A stretch of 39,131 bases of DNA from Octopus bimaculoides. Its lineage: Eukaryota. This document shows positions 33,771 to 39,131 of this stretch, piece by piece; positions within the stretch are counted from its first letter, which is position 1, and each line of letters opens with the position of its first letter. The position numbers and the translations under genes were made by a program. Location of the stretch: positions 75,880,576 to 75,919,706 of the forward strand of contig NC_068991.1 in NCBI RefSeq assembly GCF_001194135.2, given 5' to 3'. Under the pieces are notes generated by a model, which did not search any database, had not been told where the DNA came from, and saw only the letters and a program-made list of their open reading frames with translations.

Positions 33771-35123
33771 CATATGTCATTCTTTATGTTCTTCAACGGA
33801 ATCCACACCTTCTCGGGTTTGCATTTCAAAACCTACGTGCCGATAAAACTGCAATATAATTTACAATGGTGCACACCTTGTTTTAGAGACAATATGTCAA
33901 GAAATGCAATAACCATGGCGCCTTTATATCTTTAAAGATATCAACATTTGGGCTGATATATACATATGTATGTGTGTGTGTGTGTGTTGCTATTATTTCT
34001 TGTACGTTGATCTACGTAACTGACCCCTTCCACTGAGCCTTAAACTACATGGACACTCTCCATTTTGTATCAATTTGTAATGAAGTCTGAAAATGAAAAT
34101 CTATTATATTTGTTACCATTAAATTGACTCTCATCGCCCGCGAGCAAAAATCAATTTTCTGCTTTATCGAAGAAACAAACAAAAAGAGAGTTTCTTTAAC
34201 ATATAACATATCTTTAGGCAGTCAAATGACAAATAATTACACGTGTAAAGAAAGAACGATACGAACAGAAAAATGCACGTAATGTTAGAATGTTACATTG
34301 TTTAATGTTGTTCATGACATTTAAAATTCATTAGATTTTTAAATGTCGTAAGTTTTATGAAGTGTCGTAAGTTTTATGAAGGTAAACATTTTGTATTCGA
34401 AGATTCGAAGTTGTAAGAATTTGAAGCGTTTTGTCTATTCTGTGTATTTTCATTGCGTGAAGACTACAAAATAATTGAAAATATCCATGTTTGCGACCTT
34501 TTAAGTATCAACTTTGATACAGTCAACATCAACGAAAAAGAAATGTTTTTGCACTGCTAAGATCAGAACGAAAAATCAGAAAGGAAAACTGGAATTATTT
34601 TCGAAAAGGTTAGCAATTATTTTTGCTTATGGCAACACGCAAATAAAAATAGGAGAACAATATCGAAAAATAAGTACTGCAGAAGAGAACTTAAAAATCA
34701 ATTGTTTTTTTCGGATAGGAAACGAGAATCAAAATCACAGAGGGTGGGCTTGAATATGAAACAGAGACAAAAGAGAGAAGCAGAAAGAAAATAGTAAATA
34801 AAGAGGGAAAGAGAATTTTAGCGGATGATGTTGAAAAAAGAGTTACGTTTTTGGTATTTTATTATAAGTACAGTGAAAGAACGTCATGCTGGAGTGCACT
34901 CCACTCGATTTTCTGTAAATAAATGCTTCTAGTATTGCCTAAGCCAAAAGAATTGCTGATGTTGTACATCGACCTACTAGACATTGCAGCGAAATGTCTA
35001 TTAAGAGCTACTTCATTTCTGTGAGCTGGTACGTTATATTCAGTTATAATATCCTATCTATCGTTTGAATAACACAGTGGATAATCCTGGCTGGAAGGAT
35101 TAGATACAAGCAACACTCGCTGC

Positions 35124-35324
35124 TAATAATCCTTTCTACAATAGGCACAAAGCCTACCGTTTTGGCGGAGCGGGGTTCTAGTCGATTACATCTAGGCCAG
35201 TGCTCAACTAAAACTTCTTTCATCGACCCGCAAAAGATGAAACGCGAAGTCGACCTCGGTGGGATTCGAACTCTGAAAGTAAAAACGCTAAGCATTTTGC
35301 TTGGCATGTTAACGATGCAGCCTT
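35124..35324 (-). mobile_element. SINE family A
   Basis: ATAATCCTTTCTACAATAGGCACAAAGCC...ATCGACCCGCAAAAGATGAAA...GTCGACCTCGGTGGGATTCGAACTC...CTAAGCATTTTG. Confidence 0.88.
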
Positions 35325-35621
35325 ACTTCCAATAATGATATTATGAATCTCCATACTTGGAAAATTACTATTTGTAAATCTCACAATGAGAGATATTCAG
35401 CAACAGTACTTTGTAGTAAAGATTGTTTGGCAACATAACATGGCAGTCCTGGTTTAGGATGAATGTTGCTGTAATTTAGCCCCAGGCGACATCGTCTCCA
35501 GCTGGCTATACGACACGATGTGTGTCCTTATATTTTCGAACAACGGTTGCTAGATTCCCTTATCCTTATATTTTCGCAAAAAGGATGCTAGATTTCTTGA
35601 GTGGGGTGCTAGATTCCCTTG

Positions 35622-36270
35622 TTAATTCATTCCATGAATAAATCTATGGAATTTTTTCACACCGAATATGATTGCTAATGCTTCCTTTTCTATTTTGCTA
35701 TAGTTCTTTTCTGCTGATGATAACGATTGTGACTCATGGGCAATAGACTTTTTACTCCTACCGTCGTAGTTGTGTAGAAGCACGGATCCTACACCGTAAT
35801 CACTCGCATCTATAGCCAATAAAATATGCCTCGGATCAAAATGCGAAAATGCTTTTTTATTTGTCCAATGTCTTCTGGCACTTATCAGTCCAGCACCATT
35901 TTGCATTCTTCTTTAGCAAATCATTGAGCGAGATCCTTACATTGAGTATATTGGGAATATAAATTTGGTAGTAATTTACTAATCCCAAGAATGCTTGTAG
36001 CATAGTCACACTATTCGCGTAGGCATATTTTTTATCGTAGTTTCTCTGGAAGGATCTGGTTTCCATCCGTTTTATCTATTATCTGGTCCAAGTATTTAAT
36101 TTTTTTTTTTTTCAGAAAGAACTCATTTACTTCGCTTAACTTAAAACTGTATTCTCTTATCTTTTCGAATATCCTTTTTACGTACGTGTCTTACGTGCTG
36201 TGCGTGTAATTAACTTTTTGTTAGAATATCGTCTAAATAGGCAGTAGCAAAATCACTGTCTGCCAGCATT
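35622..36270 (-). mobile_element. Ty3/Gypsy pol fragment: RT (YLDD), connection, RNase H
   Basis: MLADSDFATAYLDDIL (YLDD at 36228-36239); LQAFLGLVNYYQIYIPN...LNDLLKKNAKW; HFDP..ILLAIDASDYGVGSVLLH...AEKNYSKIEKEALAIIFGVKKFHRFIHG. Confidence 0.92.
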
Positions 36271-36905
36271 AGAGGTTTAGATACTTAGATAGGTTTCGGC
36301 CACGTTGGCTCAGGCCATAGATAAGTTAATGACACCACCTGGAAAAGATATTTAATAATGTATTTTTGTATAGTTATTTTTAAGTACCCATCCGATTAGA
36401 GTTGTTGTTTGCAGGGGTAGGTGGTTTATCTGGAATTTGTTGGAGATATTCATCCAGAAACATTTTGAAGGGTATGAAATCTTTATTTTCCTTTATATGT
36501 TTTAGAATGATGTTAAAAAGAGCAGGTTCAGTTGAGAAGTAGTTCTGTCTTAGTGTTGTGATGTGCTGAGAGCACGATTTCTGTAGAGGACACATGGCAC
36601 GGGGACCAAGCCTTGGGTGGATTTTAAAAGTCATACCGATATCATTTGGGCAATACTATCGGAACAAATACAAATAATATAGTGCTCTTGGCGGCACTGG
36701 GGAGAATACAGTTTGAGATTCACGAGTCGATCCCAGTAATTAAGACCAGACATGCCATCAATTTTTTTTTTGTAATTGATCTCTAGGGTGCTTCAAGCTT
36801 TTCAATATTCTGGATCGTGCATGGAGACCAGAGCGGACAACAGTATTCAAGGTGTGGGGCGAGCGACGGTAGAAAAAAGAAGGATAATGATTGGAGCATC
36901 TCTAG
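36271..36905 (-). mobile_element. 5'-truncated CR1-clade LINE (RT C-terminus and 3' UTR)
   Basis: LFSTVARPHLEYCCPLWSP..IEKLEAP*RSITKKIDGMSGLNYWDRLVNLKLYS; ALFNIILKHIKE..FKMFLDEYLQQIPDKPPTP; short 3' UTR ending in TATCTAAG-type repeats. Confidence 0.88.
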
Positions 36906-37112
36906 AATTGAAAGTCCTGAAGATTCGCATCAATTTCTTGTTGAAATATGGAAGAGGCCAATTTTACACTGAAGGGAGGCTGCTTAAATTGAAATAAGCT
37001 ACGGAGCGTATTAATAGCTAACAAGTGTGAGCCTTTTCCTTCATCTTGGGTTGGTAAATATTCCTAGTCTAAACTTGAGAAGAGGTCTAAATTTGAGAAG
37101 AATTTCCCTCCG
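36906..37112 (-). mobile_element. Ty3/Gypsy RT fragment (upstream part, motifs before YxDD)
   Basis: GGKFFSNLDL[FSSLD]*EYL...LLAINTLRSLFQFKQPPFSVKLASSIFQQEIDANL (cf. FSKLDLxxAY...INTHRGLFQFxRLPFGVxSAPxIFQQ). Confidence 0.85.
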
Positions 37113-37310
37113 TTCTTTTTGCGAACATTTCCTCAGTTGTGTGTGTGCGTGTGTGTGTGTGTGTAACTTTTCTTTTCTCCTATTTCCGACGAAGAGCTAT
37201 GCTCGAAATGTTAGCAACACACACTTTTTGCTAACTTTATTAAGCGTCAAGCAAAAACATCTGATCGCTACGTCCTTTTTGTCGTTTTGCTTTTTTTAAA
37301 TTTTTACTGT
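37113..37310 (+). mobile_element. Second degenerate Penelope-like repeat with a hammerhead relic at 37186-37212
   Basis: CCGACGA-A-GAGC-tat-GCTC-GAAAT-GTT has the same architecture as 27409-27435. Stem I is poor. Confidence 0.45.
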
Positions 37311-37473
37311 TATATATATGTACTCAAAACCGTAATAATATTTAAAGAGATATCTGAATATAAATATATTCATTTGCAAATGTGCAGATAATATCTTTCT
37401 TTCCGTTATACACGCGCGCATATGTAGACACTTGTTCTCATCAATATCTCAAGATGCAACGCCTTCACTCTCA

Positions 37474-37475
<2 letters not shown>

Positions 37476-37552
<77 letters not shown>

Positions 37553-37570
37553 TGTGTGTGTGTGCGTGTA
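37476..37570. repeat. (TA)n/(TG)n microsatellite
   Basis: Direct reading. Confidence 0.95.
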
Positions 37571-38143
37571 TGTGCATAAATGCCAAGCAAGATGCACAAG
37601 TATTATATTTTGTCCACATTCGCACCACAAACCTGATAGCTACGAAAGAACTTCGTGCTCACAAAACGACGTGACAAAAGTTTGCACTATAAATTATAGA
37701 ATCGATTATATTGATGCGTATTGGAATATATTTAGACAAGAATATATCTCTCGGAACAAAGTTGTAATTATTTTTACGAATAAAACATGAATTCGATAAA
37801 ATTATTTGTAGTCTAATGGCTCTGTTCTTATTTCAATTGGTGTTAGTAACTCCACTGATACGAGGATAACGAAATATAATATATATTCAGAATAAATGGA
37901 TTTTCGATCGCAGTAACTAAATTGTACGTGCAACACGTTGAAGATGTCGTGAGTGAAGCTGATTTGAAATGCTTCAATAGACAATGCATTGAAGATAATT
38001 ACAGGTCCTCATATTGATTCTTTCCTTGTCAGGATCCCCTTTGTTTTTGTAGTGTTTATTCTTCATATTTCTCCCATTTTTGGTCATATGGCGTATATTT
38101 TGATATTTCTTTTTCATACTCTCTAAATTTCGCAACACTTCTA

Positions 38144-38880
<737 letters not shown>

Positions 38881-39131
38881 CCACATATGGATGTACATGT
38901 GGCTCACACTACTTCTATTTAAACTCCGAATTCAATCAAATATAAATACAAAATCTGTCTCTCTAGTCATTCGGAGACAACATTCAAAACCGATATATCA
39001 TTATAGAGTACAATTCGTGTGGTGGAAACATTTCGAGATAAATTATGTGGCGTAAAAGTGATTGTTTATTCAAGAGTCACGTATACCGGTTGTGAAAGTT
39101 TCCGTCTCCGCCGCTGTATATATATATCTAT

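Noticed and set aside
34344-34381. 19-bp perfect tandem duplication TGTCGTAAGTTTTATGAAG
   Set aside because: It is real but an ordinary slippage event with no further structure.
36285-36320. CCTGAG...GGCCGAAACC on the minus strand as a hammerhead
   Set aside because: It lacks the NGA of the core and a GUH site, and is better explained as the CR1 3' UTR stem-loop.

Overview
This is an AT-rich, repeat-saturated animal genomic window with six N-gaps. The SINE families and microsatellite load resemble my recollection of Octopus/coleoid cephalopod DNA; that is an inference, not a database hit. No long intact ORF exists: most ORF-track entries are microsatellite or N-run artefacts, and the rest are decayed transposon pieces. 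Recognisable content is about 20 tRNA-derived SINE copies from several families, plus remnants of R4/Dong, RTE and CR1 LINEs, a Gypsy pol split by a CR1 insertion, and a rearranged Charlie/Buster-type hAT transposase. There are three Penelope-like repeats with minimal hammerhead-ribozyme motifs, one forming a head-to-head palindrome, and two other long hairpin elements. A chain of short, splice-flanked, partly phase-compatible candidate exons on the + strand (10477-25659) may belong to an unidentified host gene. All assignments come from manual reading and translation, and repeat boundaries are approximate (about +/-10-20 bp).
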